A stretch of DNA of 64,000 bases from Amoebidium appalachense (Eukaryota > Protista > Ichthyosporea): positions 5,694,640 through 5,758,639 of the forward strand of contig CAVNZM010000013.1 in NCBI GenBank assembly GCA_963693365.1, in the 5' to 3' direction. Below the pieces are notes generated by a model that did not search any database, was not told where the DNA came from, and saw only the letters and a list, made by a program, of their open reading frames with translations. Below are positions 1 to 13,308 of the stretch, piece by piece. The position numbers were made by a program, and so were the translations under genes. Within the stretch, counting starts at the first letter, position 1; every line of letters begins with the position of its first letter.

Positions 1-136
1 ACGGCATTCTTAGGAGCGGAAATCCGTATATAAGCACCAGACACATGTAGACTCCTATCAGCCTATATTGATATAGGCCCAATATCAATAACACATAAAT
101 AAGCACCAAACACAAACAACTTCACAGCATAAAAAG

Positions 137-1595
137 ATGGCCTTGAAATCTCCGCCGATGTTTGCAGCAACCCCAAATGTTGTGATCCACAACACCGACC
201 TGGGCGAGGTAATGGCTGCCACCTACACAAAGGATGGCGTCAAGCACATCTGGGAGCTGCTGGCCAGCAAAGGGTCCCTCGCCTTTCCCACCATCCTGCA
301 GGCCGTGGCCTCTTCTGTGCCGCCCTCACCGACCAGCTGCCTGGTGCAGACTACACGGGCTACAGCAACGTGTGGGTGCGCAACAACATCCACGTTACCC
401 ACGCCCACTTCGCCACCGGCCAACCGCAAAAGGCAGTGGCAGTGATTTCAGACATTGCAAAATTCTGGACCGCCCACCGCCATCGTTTTGTCGGCTGCAT
501 TTCTGGACAAGCAGACACTAATGACGTGATGCAGCAGCCGCACATTCGCTTCAACAGCCACCACCTGAAGGAGAACACAGAGACGTGGTCGCACGCCCAA
601 AACGACGCAGTGGGCTACTTCCTGTGGCTGACATGTGTCCTGGGTCGGGCCGGGCACATTGACTGCAGCGAGCCAGCAATGGCCGACCTACTTGCCCTCA
701 TCCCCCTAGGCCTCTACCTGCACGCGGTGCGGTTTTGGGACGACAAAGACAACGGCCACTGCGAGGAGGCAAGAAAGGTCGAGGCCCCCAGTGTCGCTGC
801 CGCCACTGCGGGCCTGCGTGAACGGCGCCGCTTGTTGGACGAATGCCCATCCACGGCACGTGCATTTCAGGCCGCTTACACTTCTGCCCTGTCCCACGCC
901 CATGCACGTACGAGTACAGAATCTGATGTTGTTTTGGTTGAAAACGGGAGTGTTTTGGTGGCTGCATTGGAACAACGTGGGCAACAGACACTAAGTGCCA
1001 TTCGTGGGAGAGCAGAGACGCCGGACTGGAGAGACGCACAGACGGAGCCCTTCTGTTCCTGGTCTACCCCTTGCATGTGGTCCAGGGGGACATGGCACGG
1101 CAGATTGTGGAGGACGTCGTGAACATACTGGCGGGTGACCACGGGATAAGGCGCTACGTCGGCGATTCCTATTGGATGGCCGACTACAAGACACTATTCA
1201 GCGAAGAAAACCGCACGGCAGATTTCAGCGACAACATGGGGGCACGACATTGCATGCTGCGGCCGGGGGAGGAGGCACAGTGGTGCATATTCGACCCAAT
1301 CATCTCGGTCATATGTGGTATGTGGGCCCTAGAGGCAGCCAATCAGGAGAGAGAGGAGCTGGTCCGGCTGCAGACGGTTTTCTTTAACCGGTCTAGATCT
1401 GTGGGTCAGGTGACGGGTAGTGACTGTGTATTTGGCGCCTTTAAGTGCCCCGAGTCGTACTACATCGAGAAGGGTCGGTATATGGTGAATGACATTTGCC
1501 CCCTGCTGTGGACTCAGGCAAATCTGCTGCTGGCGCTGCATTTCATGCACACAGTGGCGGGAGAGGTGGCCAAGAGGAATGCAACAGCCGCTTAG
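137..1595 (+). pseudogene. GH15 / phosphorylase-kinase alpha-beta-like (alpha/alpha)6 protein, intronless, with two frameshifts
   Basis: Three overlapping frames join into one protein: LAFPTI / GRGLFCAA..DYTGYSNVWVRNN..WSHAQNDAVGYFLW..FWDDKDNGHCEEARKVEA / WESRD..RRTDGALLFLVYP..GIRRYVGDSYW..EAQWCIFDPIIS..CPESYY..PLLWTQANL. Frameshifts fall near 298 and 1002. Family assigned from recalled motifs, not a database search. Confidence 0.75.
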
Positions 1596-2548
1596 ATGAA
1601 TAAATGGGTGTCGGTCTCAGCTCTATGCATATAAGTGATTGTTTCTTTAATTTCAACTTTTAAAGAGTCCAGAGCACGTCAAACTCTCCCTTTATTAAAT
1701 AGAGCCATTCACGGTTGGAAAATTCATGCATGGAAGCGTTATGAGATTCGTATAATAAAATGATTAGGCTAGTATTTTCCGTAGCAGTAGGCCAGGGAAT
1801 GAATGCTTATGTTTTTATTATCCACAGCTACAGGTGTGCAGCATTTGGTCTTTTGTGGCCGGTTTTTTGAGAGGAAGTGTCTGGTGATCATACGGTTTTT
1901 ATTGGCATATGATCAGTGACCATATGCACGATATATGTATATGCAACTGTAAAGTTGCTGCCCATATATGGCCATGAAAAATTCAAGTAAATAAGTACAG
2001 AACTTCCATAATACACGTGGGCACAGCATGCCAGTGTGCGAGGGATGCCGAGGTGGTGGTGGGTGGGTGGTTGGGTGGGGGGAAGGGGGGGGGGGGGGGG
2101 GAGGGGGGGAGGGGGGGGAGGATGGGAAAGGGAAGGACTCTTCTGAAACTTTGATGTCCTTCCTTCCCCGCCCTCCCCCCCCCCCCCCCCCCCCCCCCCG
2201 GGAAGGCAGAGGGACATCAAAATTTGTGAAGAGTGTTTAGGACCTGGCTAGGTCGTGTTCCCAACCTCCCAAATCTCCCTACCCTTTCCCCACTATCCTG
2301 TCCCCCCCCCCCTCCCCCCCTCCCCCCCCCCCCCCCCCCTCCCCCCCCGCCCCGCCCCGCCCCGCCCTCCCAAATCCCCACCCCCCCTCCCCTTGCATTT
2401 CCCCCTGCATCGGCGTCTCCCTTTCCCACCCTATCCACCATCCCTCGCCTTCTTAGGGCCGGGCCCCAGAAATTCCGGTATGGGAGGATATGAATTCTTC
2501 TCCTTCGCCCCGGTTTTCAAAATTACCCCCCCTCTCTCTCCCCCCCCC

Positions 2549-2579
<31 letters not shown>

Positions 2580-3169
2580 CGCCCCCTTCCCCCAAAGCTT
2601 TCTCGGCTTTCCGCAACATTCCTATTCCTTTCACAGACTGAATCTCCCTGCACTCTCTCCCCCAATCTCTAATGATTTAGCTTCTGTTTCCTCCCTGTTT
2701 TAATATTTTGTGCTGGGGGAAGGGTCGGAGAGAAGGGAAACAGGGGGCGGAGGGGGGAGGGGGGGGGGGGAAGGAGGGGGGAAGGGGAGGGGGGGGGGAG
2801 GGGGGAGGGGGGAGGGGGGGTATCCCTCCCAAAAAATTTTATTGGGTGTAGGGGGGTTATTCCTCATATTTAATTTATTAAGAGGGGCCATTATATTCCA
2901 CGTTTTAAATAAAAAAACGTGTGTACACATAGCACATACACATGCATACATGATACAACCACGTGCAGGCTCTTCCCAACCCACCCTGTATAATAGCAGA
3001 ATAGACACTTAGCTTTCACGGTACCAGAATAAGCATAACAAAGTTACCCTTCACGTGCACATGCCTAAGTAATTTTTCCACAAATCAAGCCTCCGTGGTA
3101 CATAACCCAAACGTGCAAGCTCACACACACCACTAGACCACATGCATGCTTCTCTGGCACATTACCGTA

Positions 3170-3585
3170 ACGTGCATATTTCTTGCACAGACAACCACGT
3201 GCGCATTTCTCTCACAGACAACCACGTGCGTATTTCTCTCACAGACAACCACGTGCGTAATTCTCGCACAGACAACCACGTAAGTATTTCCTGCACAGAC
3301 ACTTTCGTGTGTATTTCTTGCACAGACAACCACGTGCATATTTCTCGCGCAGACAACCACGTGCATATTTTTCATACAGACAAACACGTGCATATTTGTC
3401 TCTCCCACAACCATGCACACGTTTCTAATACAGACAACCACGTGCATGTTTCTAGCACAAACAACCAGGTGCATATTTCGTGCACAGACAACAATGTGCA
3501 TATTTCGTGCCCAGACAACCACGTGCACATTTTTCGCACAGAAAAATACGTCGTATTTCTCTCAACCACAACCATGCACACGTTT
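3170..3585. repeat. 27-bp minisatellite (approx. CGTGCATATTTCTTGCACAGACAACCA), about 15 degenerate units
   Basis: Visible tandem units. The 9-aa periodicity of the overlapping ORFs (HISCTDNHV / MHVVVCARN) matches a 27-bp unit. Confidence 0.9.
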
Positions 3586-3783
3586 CACACAGCTTTTAGG
3601 TCCCAATAATAGTTAAGGGTATTCCGGTAACATCCACGACTAAGTTGTAACCTATTCAAACTTGCAGACTTGGCTATTCGGGGTTTGAAATTCTTTTTAG
3701 GTGGGTCACTCTGCAGGTTCTGCCCAGTACCTTACTACTACAATGTGTGCGTGTTGTGTGCTGCAAATTAATTTTGGCGCCTG

Positions 3784-3816
<33 letters not shown>

Positions 3817-4620
3817 GGGGGGGAAGGGGGGAGAGGGGGGGGGAAGGGGGGGGAGGGGGGAAGGGGGGGGGGAGAGGGGGGGGGAAGGGGGGGGGGGGAG
3901 GGGGGAGGGGGGAAGGGGGGAGAGAGAGGGATTGGGGAGGGGGGTAGAGTGAGAGAGGAATTATTATTTGCAGGCCATGTTCAGGAGGTCCTGTGTGTGT
4001 GTGTATGGGGTTATTCCTTGTTTAATCGGGGTGGGTGGCGGAATAGGAGCATGCATTGGTGGGTGGCTGGGTTTGTGCGTGTGCTGTGTGTGTAGGTGTT
4101 TGGTAGGGGTGGTGGTGGTGGTGGTTTGGGGGAGGGTAGGTTGGAAAGGGTGGGCAGGGTTTAAGGGGCAAGGAAGTTGGGGAAGCGAAAACTTGGGGGG
4201 GGGGGGGGGGGGGGGGGGGAGGGGGGAGGGGCATGGGGGCAGGGGTGTGTGTTTGTGTAGGGGGGAGGGGGGGGGGGTTGTATGGCATTATAAGGCGGCC
4301 CTGTGTTCATGTGTGAGCCAGTGGGCAAGAGAAAAGGGGGGTGTTTGGAGCCATACATACCACGGTATGTCATTCTGTGTTGGCACACCGGTGAGGGAGG
4401 GGGGAAGGGGGGGGGGGGGGGGGGGGGGGGGTGAGCGGGGGGGATTTTTGAAGGCTTTTGCTGCTGGCCAATGCATACGCTCATCTACCAACCGATGGAT
4501 AAAGGTCTTTCCTCTTTTTGGACTTATAATAAAAAATTCAATGCAAACAAGTGACACGGGATACAACATCACATTACTTTACCCTCCCATGGGCCTGCTG
4601 GTTGGTGAGCAAGCAAAACC

Positions 4621-4999
4621 TCAGGCTAGAGCCTCCGTGAACTTGAACACAAAATCAAAGCACTGGCCATCATGGGCCCGACCTCGCCCACACCCTCTGC
4701 AGCACGTAAAGTAGGTGGGGGCACACGGGTTACCACACCCCCTCTCACATGTTGGCCCATTAGTAGACACACTGCTTGCACTTGTGGCCGTAACGGTTGA
4801 CGGGGTGGTTGTGAATAGGGACGGGCACACCTAGGCAGGTGGAGTCGTGTGTGGATGTGCCCTGCGCACACGCTTTGCAACAGGTGGTGAATTTTCGTGC
4901 CGCCACACCCATCCCACAGTTCATACACAAACATTTACCACCCCTTACTGCTGGTGCGCTTCTTCTTCCGGATGCACACTGATTGTGTGTTCTTTGCAA
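4621..4999 (-). other. Cys/His-rich coding remnant with two copies of a C-x2/3-CG-x6/7-TCC-x2-C-x2-G-x2/3-HD-x2-C motif in different frames
   Basis: ORF 4760..4999 has CMNCGMGVAARKFTTCCKACAQGTSTHDSTC. ORF 4621..4830 has CERGCGNPCAPTYFTCCRGCGRGRAHDGQC. The frame switches near 4830. Confidence 0.5.
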
Positions 5000-5232
5000 G
5001 GTCTACTTTGTGTTGCCCAGGGCAAATGTGTACTATAAAATGCTCCATAACATTTTGGTTGAACGACCCGACTCCCCCCCCCCCCCCCCCCCCTCCTCCC
5101 CTCCCCCTCCCCCCCTCCCCCCGGTCCCCCGGCCCCTAATAACACTCACCCCTCCCCCCCCCCCCCCCTCCTCTCCCCCTCACCCTGCTCGTTTAACCAC
5201 ACAAGTAAATGCATGTGCACATGGGCATGAAG

Positions 5233-5424
<192 letters not shown>

Positions 5425-6064
5425 CGGTCAACTATTATTAAGTTAGTATTGTGGGCAAAGTTATCCGGCTCAATATGCAGTGTTCGTGTGTGTATCTGTG
5501 TGGCCGGGAATGTGTGTGAGTGTGGTGTGGCCGCCGGTGATTGTATCTGCATGTTCATGTTGGGTGCTCATAGCTGGTCAAAGTTTGTGCCCTCGTGTCC
5601 GTGGGTGGTACATGTGTGTGCAGGAACGTGTGAATTGAATAAGTAACTGAGTGTGTGCTGTGTGTGTGTGCGGCGGGGCGACTGGAGACGAGTGCGAGAG
5701 GGGGGTGGGGAGGGGGAAGGGGGGGGGGGGGGGACAGGGGGGACCGGGGGGGGGGGGGGGGGGGAGGGTAGTAGTATGATCTTACGACATAGCCTGAGTT
5801 TCAGGTGATCAATAGTGATTCTAGTAGTTAGCCTCAATGTTATTACGGTTCAAAATACAATTGTATGATTAGTTATCTGGTATAGCCATATAATGCAATG
5901 CAGCCTATTGGGTGGGTGGGTGGTGGCCCCCCCCCCCCCCCCCCCCCCCCCCCAACTTAGCTACTACCCCCCTCCCCGTTTCAAAATCAAGAATCCCTAA
6001 GAAGCTCATTGCATCAAATTTCCGAACCGTGCCCTCGTACAGATCCATGTCCACCCTTTTTCTT

Positions 6065-6366
6065 TTACCCAACATAGCCCCTAGCACACAGAACAACAGC
6101 CACAACACCGCACACAATCCCAACCCACCCACCCACTACCCCATCCACCCTCGTCCCTCCATTTTTCTGTGTGGGTACCCCGCCGGTTTGTGCTGCCGGA
6201 GCTGTAGGGTTAACATTGACCGTAGTTGTGGTTTTGCCGGGATTGTTTGTAGTGGAAGGGTTAACGTTAATTGCTGTTTCTGTTGCATTGACTGAGATGA
6301 GCAGAGAGTTGTATTCTCCGGTGCGGCTGACATATGTTGTGCACTTGTTGAGGGGTAGGAGATTCA

Positions 6367-6432
<66 letters not shown>

Positions 6433-6883
6433 GGTGGGGGGGGGGGAGGGGGGGAGGAGGCGTGGATGGTTGGCAGATGTTGGGACCCCCGCCACCCCTC
6501 CTCCCCCCCAAAGAAAAAAAAGAAAAAAGAAAAAACCCACCTACTACCATTGCCAACCACCACACCAGCCCAAATTTGAATACACCCGTGCCTAGCCCCA
6601 CACTCCTCCGACCACAATAATCGGCCTCGCGCACCAACAGTAATGCAGAAAGACACATTGCTCCCTACCTTACAACGAGTGAGGAGCGAGATAATGGCAA
6701 AGGGGTAGGTGCATTTTTATGTGCTAACCCAGGGGTTTGCAGGTAGCCAGGAGGGGGGGGGGGGGAGAGGGGGGGGGGGGGAGGGGGTGGTGAAGGGGAG
6801 GGAGGAGGGGCGGAGGAGGGTGGAGGGTGCCGGCACATGACAACGAGAAAAAAGGACAAAGGGATTGTTAAAAACCAAACACC

Positions 6884-6967
<84 letters not shown>

Positions 6968-7004
6968 GTGCGTGCGTGCGTGCGTGCGTGCGTGTGTGCG
7001 TGCC

Positions 7005-7039
<35 letters not shown>

Positions 7040-7643
7040 TTGCGTGCGTGCGTGCGTGCGTGTGTGTATGTGCGTGTGTGTGTGTGTGTCCCCAATAGTA
7101 AACAACTCAAACTGATCACCAGTCAGGGGAGTATGGTGCCTCAAGCCTGATCGCATCCAATTTCAGACCTCAAAATCGTCTCCGATCTAGGGCATGTCGC
7201 TCCCCATAGAATCGAGATATTTGAGAAATGGACACGTCAATATGTCCGTCTTGATGTCTACTTCAAATGCACCTCGGATACTTGCCCAGCGCCACAGCAA
7301 GAACACCTTGAAATTTTGGTTTGAAAATTTGAATTTTTACTGACTGACCCTAAATTGGCGCTTTTCTGAAAAAAATGAAGGAGGGGTGCTATTACAAAAA
7401 TAAGGTGTTCTACGTGCTCAGCGCGATCGACTTCCTATGGAAAGTTTTTTTAGAATTCAAAATTTCGCAAAAATTACTGAGATATTTGCATCGACATCAA
7501 GAACCACCCTAGGGGGGTTCAATTTCAGACCCGTTGTTATCCATCGTTTATCCATTAATCCCGGCCCGGGCCGGGTGAAAGTTCAACCATATATGGGGCT
7601 GCAGCTGAATCACATGTGTCCACCTATGTGTCTGTGTCTGTTG

Positions 7644-7736
<93 letters not shown>

Positions 7737-7828
7737 GCAAGAGGGGAGAAGGAAGGTGGGGAAGGGGGGCGGGCGAGAGGCCCTGGGGGGGGTGGGGGGG
7801 GTGGGGGGGACGTGTGTGTGCGTGTGTG

Positions 7829-7897
<69 letters not shown>

Positions 7898-7935
7898 GCA
7901 AGGGGGGAGGGGGAGGGGGGGAAGAGGGGGCGGAG

Positions 7936-7966
<31 letters not shown>

Positions 7967-8849
7967 GGGCGATTGGGGAGCTACTTATATATGGCCAGTT
8001 GGACCCGTACTGCCGGCCCGGCCCGCCAGTAATATGTTCATGTGTGTAGTGTATGTGTGTGCATGTACAAGTGTGTCTACGTGTGTGTGTGTTTGTCCGT
8101 GTTGTGCCACGTGTGTGACACCGTGTGCCCCCTCCCCCCCCCCCCCTCCTCGAGGGGCAGAGGCCCCAAGTTTGGCCCAGGGTGACCCGACTCGGGTCGG
8201 GTCGGAAGGCTCTGATGACGTAATCGGGCCGGGCCGGATCGAGTCAGAGGGGGGTCAAAATGGCGCATTTTGTGTTTTGTGTGTCATTCGACAGATCTCG
8301 ATGAGACCTTTCGCTCCATCCAAAGAATTTTTAGATCCGTCGTCGGGAATTTTTTTTTTAAATTTTTTCAATTTTGGAGGGCTTCAGCCTTAAGGCACCA
8401 TAGTGGATGACATTGGTGTCTGCAGGAGTGGAGGGGGTGAATAGGGGGGGGGGGGGGGAGGCCTGAGGTGAGGGGATGGGTGGGGCGGAGGGGGGGGGGG
8501 GGGGGGGGGGAGGGACAGGGTGTGTGTGTATGCGTGTGTGTGGGTGTGTGTGTGTGTGCGTAAGTGTATGCGGCGGAGCTGGGGAGGAGGGGGGGGGGGG
8601 GGGTACGTCCTACCACAGGTGAACCACGGTACACACTGCACGCATCATCCACAAACCACCCCAGCGCCACCACCCCATTCCTGACCACCACACCCGCATA
8701 TGCAATAGGTAGCATGTCGATGGTCGAAAACCCGGGGGGTGGGCTGGGTGTGCCAACGAGTAGGTGGTAGGACTCATCGTGACGATGGCAGGTGGAGGTG
8801 GTGGATACGAGCGGCTCTGTGTGTGCATGCGCACGTGTTTTTGGTTGTT

Positions 8850-8881
<32 letters not shown>

Positions 8882-8986
8882 GAAGGGGGGGAGGGGAGGG
8901 GGAGGGAGGGGGGGATGAGGGGGGGGATGAGTGGGGGGGGGGGGGGGGGGAGGGAAGGGGGGAGGGAGGGAGGGACGGGGTGGGGT

Positions 8987-9021
<35 letters not shown>

Positions 9022-9838
9022 AGGGGAGGTTAGAATGCGTACAGAGTGTGACTTACGGTACCCATTTGCGACAGACAACGAAATACAGAAGTTTGTTCGT
9101 CTCTCCTCTTTTTTTTTGGGGGGGGGGGGGGGGGGGGGGGGGGGGAGGGGGGGGGGGGGGGGGGGGGGGGGGCTAGACTAAGTACAGAGCACGAGGCAAA
9201 AATTCACTACTCAAAACGTCATGCAAAGAACACACCAAGAGCATGCATCATAAGCAGAGCCCTAAGTTATTTTTTTATTTTTTTTATTTTTTTTTCCCTT
9301 TCTTTTTTTTCTTTCTTTCTTTCCTATTTCTTTTTTTTTTTTTTTTTGGGGGGGGGGGGGGGGGAAGGGGGGGAGCAGGGCAAGGAGTCATCCAAACCAC
9401 CGAGCTTCGACCCATTCATTTAAAACCTTAAACCTAAGGAGAGGGGGAGGGGCTGAAGGGGGAATACGAGGGTAGAGAGTGGAAAGAAGGGGAGGAAGAC
9501 AAGGCCTCATGATATTGTAAATGAAGTCGTGTGTGCACCCACTCACGAGCCACACTTTTCTCGCTAACGGTGTCGTACTGTGACAGTTGGTTGTGTGGAT
9601 GGGGGAGAATGAGAGATGTGGTAGGCAGCGCTTGTAGTTGCGACAATGAGGAGGATTGCATTGATGCGGGAGAGGGGAGGAGCTGCAGGTAAGAGCCAAG
9701 GAGAGGAAATGAGGGGGGAGGGGGGGGGGGGAGGGGGGAGGAAAGGATGTGCACACGTGCGGGGCGTGTGTGCCCGTGCACACCAGTGTGTGTGCGCACG
9801 TGTGTGTGCGCGCACACACACACGTGTGTGTGTGTGTG

Positions 9839-9882
<44 letters not shown>

Positions 9883-9959
9883 TGCGTGTGTGTGTGTGTG
9901 TGCGTGTGTGTCACGGTGTCCCGGTTATCTCTTTCTCTCTATCTCTCTCCGTGTGTGTG

Positions 9960-9990
<31 letters not shown>

Positions 9991-10582
9991 TACGTGTCTG
10001 TCTGTGTGTGTGTGTGTCTGTGTGTGTGTGTGTCTGTGTGTGTGTGCGTGTGTGTGTGTAAGCTTGTGTGTGCGTGTCTACATTTGTTCATTCGTGTGTG
10101 TAGAAGGGAAGAAAGGGGGGAGGGGGGGGGGGGGGGGGGGGGAGGTCCGGTTACTCGACACAACACGGCTTGATTCCTCACATCCAGCCCCACGGAAGGC
10201 ACTAAGGGTGAGGGTGGGTACGCCAGGTGCCTTCACGTCTATCGTCCAGTCCTTAACATAGTTCACTGAGACGGGCGGGTTGGGAGGCTGGGGAAAAACC
10301 ATGGCAATGTAAACACCACCAAACCACCCAGTTAGAATAACTCCTACATATATCTCACTCGGTTAGTCCTGCCATATTGATTACAGCAGTAGCCTTCGCA
10401 AATATATTCCTGAGCTGTTGCTGTACTATACTTCTCAATGCCTCTACGGGTACCCGCAAAAAAGATGAAACCCGTCTCCAAGGCAGAACTATCCTCTTTC
10501 TACAAGGCTTGAAGCAAAGTCTAATCGCTGATATCAAAATTCAATGTATAAATCATTTGCCGCATTCACGCACGCACGTGCC

Positions 10583-10615
<33 letters not shown>

Positions 10616-11207
10616 ACGTGCGTGCGTGCGTGTTTTTATTTTTTGTTTTTACTTTTTTTGCCGGGGGGAGGGGGGGGGGGGGGGGGGGGGGGAGGGCTGA
10701 TCGGCGGAAGGTGTATACCTTTGGGATTGGTATGGCTATATTTGGCCTCATGCTTGTGTCGGGGGCCTTGGGAGGTTCAATGGCCTTTAGCAGCTCCTCG
10801 AGATATACTTGCTGGTGGATAGACGGGTTAGTACACTACATGTCAAGCGGATTACATCTCTACACAATGCTGGATGCAGCAAATAATTGAGGTAGATTCG
10901 GGCAGACTTAAATTATGGTGGACGTACAACCGTTGAAATAGAATGGGAATTCCAGTTCAGAGAAAAATAACCACGCTTAATTGTCCGCGTGTGTTTGTTT
11001 TAGACCTCGCAGGCTATGTATATATCTTTTCTCCCCTGAATGCCCTCTCAGACCCAATACTCAATAACCCCGTTTTTTTCACTCCCGCTATTGTTTCCCC
11101 CTTTTTTTCGCTTTAAATCCTTTATGAGCGTACGGGTCCCCTTTATTTGGGCAGGGACCGATGTCTACTTCTTATCTGTTTAACTAAACCCAGGCACAGA
11201 TTTGCAC

Positions 11208-11255
<48 letters not shown>

Positions 11256-11723
11256 ACACACACACTCCCCTGCCCATGTCTTTACAGTGTTTTAATACTT
11301 CGGGACTTTTATTTCGTTTCAACGACCCGAGCATTGAATTACCTGGCTCTCCGAGTCCTGGCACCTTCCATCCAGCGGACCCATCCATTCAATCGTCGAG
11401 ACACCACCCGTGCAGTTCGCCCACTCGTACCTGTGCAGCTTCAACCCCACCCCATTCTCCCCTACCTGCGTCACCCACCCATTCGAAACTCCCTTTGTTG
11501 TGGGTCCAAACGCACTCAGCGTCTGGTACTGCACACACTGGTTAACAGGCGACAGTGCGAAACTTTTCTCCGGCAGTGTTTCTTGGATTTGTGCACAGGG
11601 AAGAACACCAAGTACGTCAATCCGCACGGTACCGGAAGACTGGGCAGATGCAAAAATGTTTCGTGTTGATGATAGAATGGCTAGGGTGGTGGCACCCAGC
11701 AAGAGGGTGGTTGCAGATGCCAT
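6065..11723 (-). CDS. Spliced secreted / cell-surface protein with signal peptide, Thr-rich stalk and hydrophobic C-terminus (possible GPI anchor); internal exons approximate
   Basis: Exon 1 is 11723-11343 (MASATTLLLGATTLAILSS..CQDSESQ|gtaatt). Likely internal exons lie near 10811-10719, 10340-10182, 8760-8590 and 6665-6550. The last exon is ~6365-6065 after a (CA)n-CAG acceptor: MNLLPLNKC..TTNNPGKTTTTV..VGGWVGIVCGVVAVVLCARGYVG*. Not all intron phases could be reconciled. Confidence 0.55.
7132..8402. mobile_element. Putative non-autonomous DNA transposon with imperfect terminal inverted repeats, inside an intron
   Basis: The left end TATGGTGCCTCAAGCCTGA matches the reverse complement of the right end, TATGGTGCCTTAAGGCTGA, at 17/19. 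Both subterminal regions are AT-richer than the host intron. No transposase and no clear TSD. Confidence 0.4.
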
Positions 11724-13235
11724 TTTAACTTGAATGAATATTTGTGCACGTGGAAAGTGAAGAAACAGAATTGATGATTCAACATGTGAGCACCTGTTGG
11801 GTGTATTAGATTAAAATTCAGGTCAGCAGTGTGCTAGAAAGAAAAACTCTAGAGTGGAAGTGATCTTTCTTTTAGAAAAAAATTGCGACACAAAGAGCCG
11901 TACTGCATGCCTGACTATGTGTCTAGCTTGGCCTGCCTTGTCAATAGTCTTGTCGAAGGTACAACCACATAGACAACCACAATGCCAGGTGTGTATGAGT
12001 GCCCTGTCCTTCCACTACTACCTGAATTCAACACAGTCTACGATGAACGAACTTTTCTGCTCACAGCTAGGTGAAACCACGTGTACACCACGCAGATTAT
12101 TTTGCCGGTTGTGGCAACGAGCTACGCGTATACGTATCCTTGCCTCGGCCGTTTGCGTGTTGCAAGTTGGTGAATTGGATATACTATAGGTATTTACGCT
12201 TCTTACTCTCATTCATATGGGTAACATTGAGGCTACAGTTGCATCGTTCTCAACATATAATGCGGTAGATCCTCACAGAGGCTCACACGCATGTCAGTAC
12301 TACATGGAGGACGTGTTGTGTGATCGCCCCAACCAAGCGTGAAAACATGCCGCGAGCTCCTAGCCGCGCTATTCATACTAAAGGACAACAAATCATATGC
12401 CAAAAAGCCACCGTAAAACTAGCACCTATGTGTCATTAGTAGTAACAGCGCGGTGGGTTCACGTAATTTGCTTAGTCACTGAAGGTGTTAACCTTTTTTT
12501 GGACACCAGCGACGTCGTGCGGGGAGGCAGAAGTCTAGGGGGAGATTGCGGATCTATGCGTGCTCGATCTGATTGGGTAGTGGTGCTCACAGATCTATCT
12601 GAAAGTGAGGTGGGGCAAAACCTCATCATCAGTGAATTGCAGTGAGTCACTAAGAGGGGATAATGCTTTTAGGAAAGCTTTTGCCAGCGGGATGGCGAGA
12701 GAGAGAGCGATAATGTGAGAGATGATTATCAGAACAAACGTGGAGCAGAGGCAGGATTCGGTCCTGTGACCTCTGTAAGAGACAATCACTTCTACACAGC
12801 GGATTGGGAGTAGAGAGGTACGCAGGAAGTGGTTCAAGTGAGATCTCGGATCCACCGGTACCATCTGAGGATGGTCCGGCTGCGCGTGTCGCGGATGCCA
12901 GTCCGCGAATACATCGTCCAATAGGATTACAGATTGTCTCTCAGGATAGATCGGGATTATGTACTAGCCAATAGGAAGACAGTTAAACTTATGGTTCCTG
13001 GCGTATGCGGCCCCAGGCGGTCCCCAAGTACGCGGGGGCGGGATAGGCGGGAACAGGCTAAGTACGTGACTGGGAAGAGTAGGAATAAACAGATAGACTA
13101 TTCTATCATAACAATAATTGGTGGAACCAAAAACAAAAATACCTTTTATCTGGGAAAAACTGTTGAAACGAACCACGAACGTTCAACTTGGCCCAGCATG
13201 GGTAAAGAGACCACAAAAAAAAGAAAAAAGGAACT

Positions 13236-13308
13236 TGGAGGTGCGGGGTATCGATCCCCGTGCCTCTCGCATGCTAAGCGAGCGCTCTACCATCTGAGCT
13301 ACACCCCC
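13236..13308 (-). tRNA. tRNA-Ala (anticodon AGC)
   Basis: The reverse complement, GGGGGTGTAGCTCAGATGGTAGAGCGCTCGCTTAGCATGCGAGAGGCACGGGGATCGATACCCCGCACCTCCA, is a 73-nt cloverleaf. T-runs downstream fit a Pol III terminator. Confidence 0.97.

Noticed and set aside
3170-3585. CRISPR-like appearance of the regular repeats (also 40736-40875)
   Set aside because: The units are head-to-tail with no unique spacers, there are no cas genes, and the context is eukaryotic.
12430-13113. Possible solo LTR next to the tRNA gene (ends in ATAACA; complex non-coding sequence)
   Set aside because: There is no matching opposite terminus or TSD, no second copy in the window, and no recognisable protein in ORFs 12595-12921 or 12934-13317.
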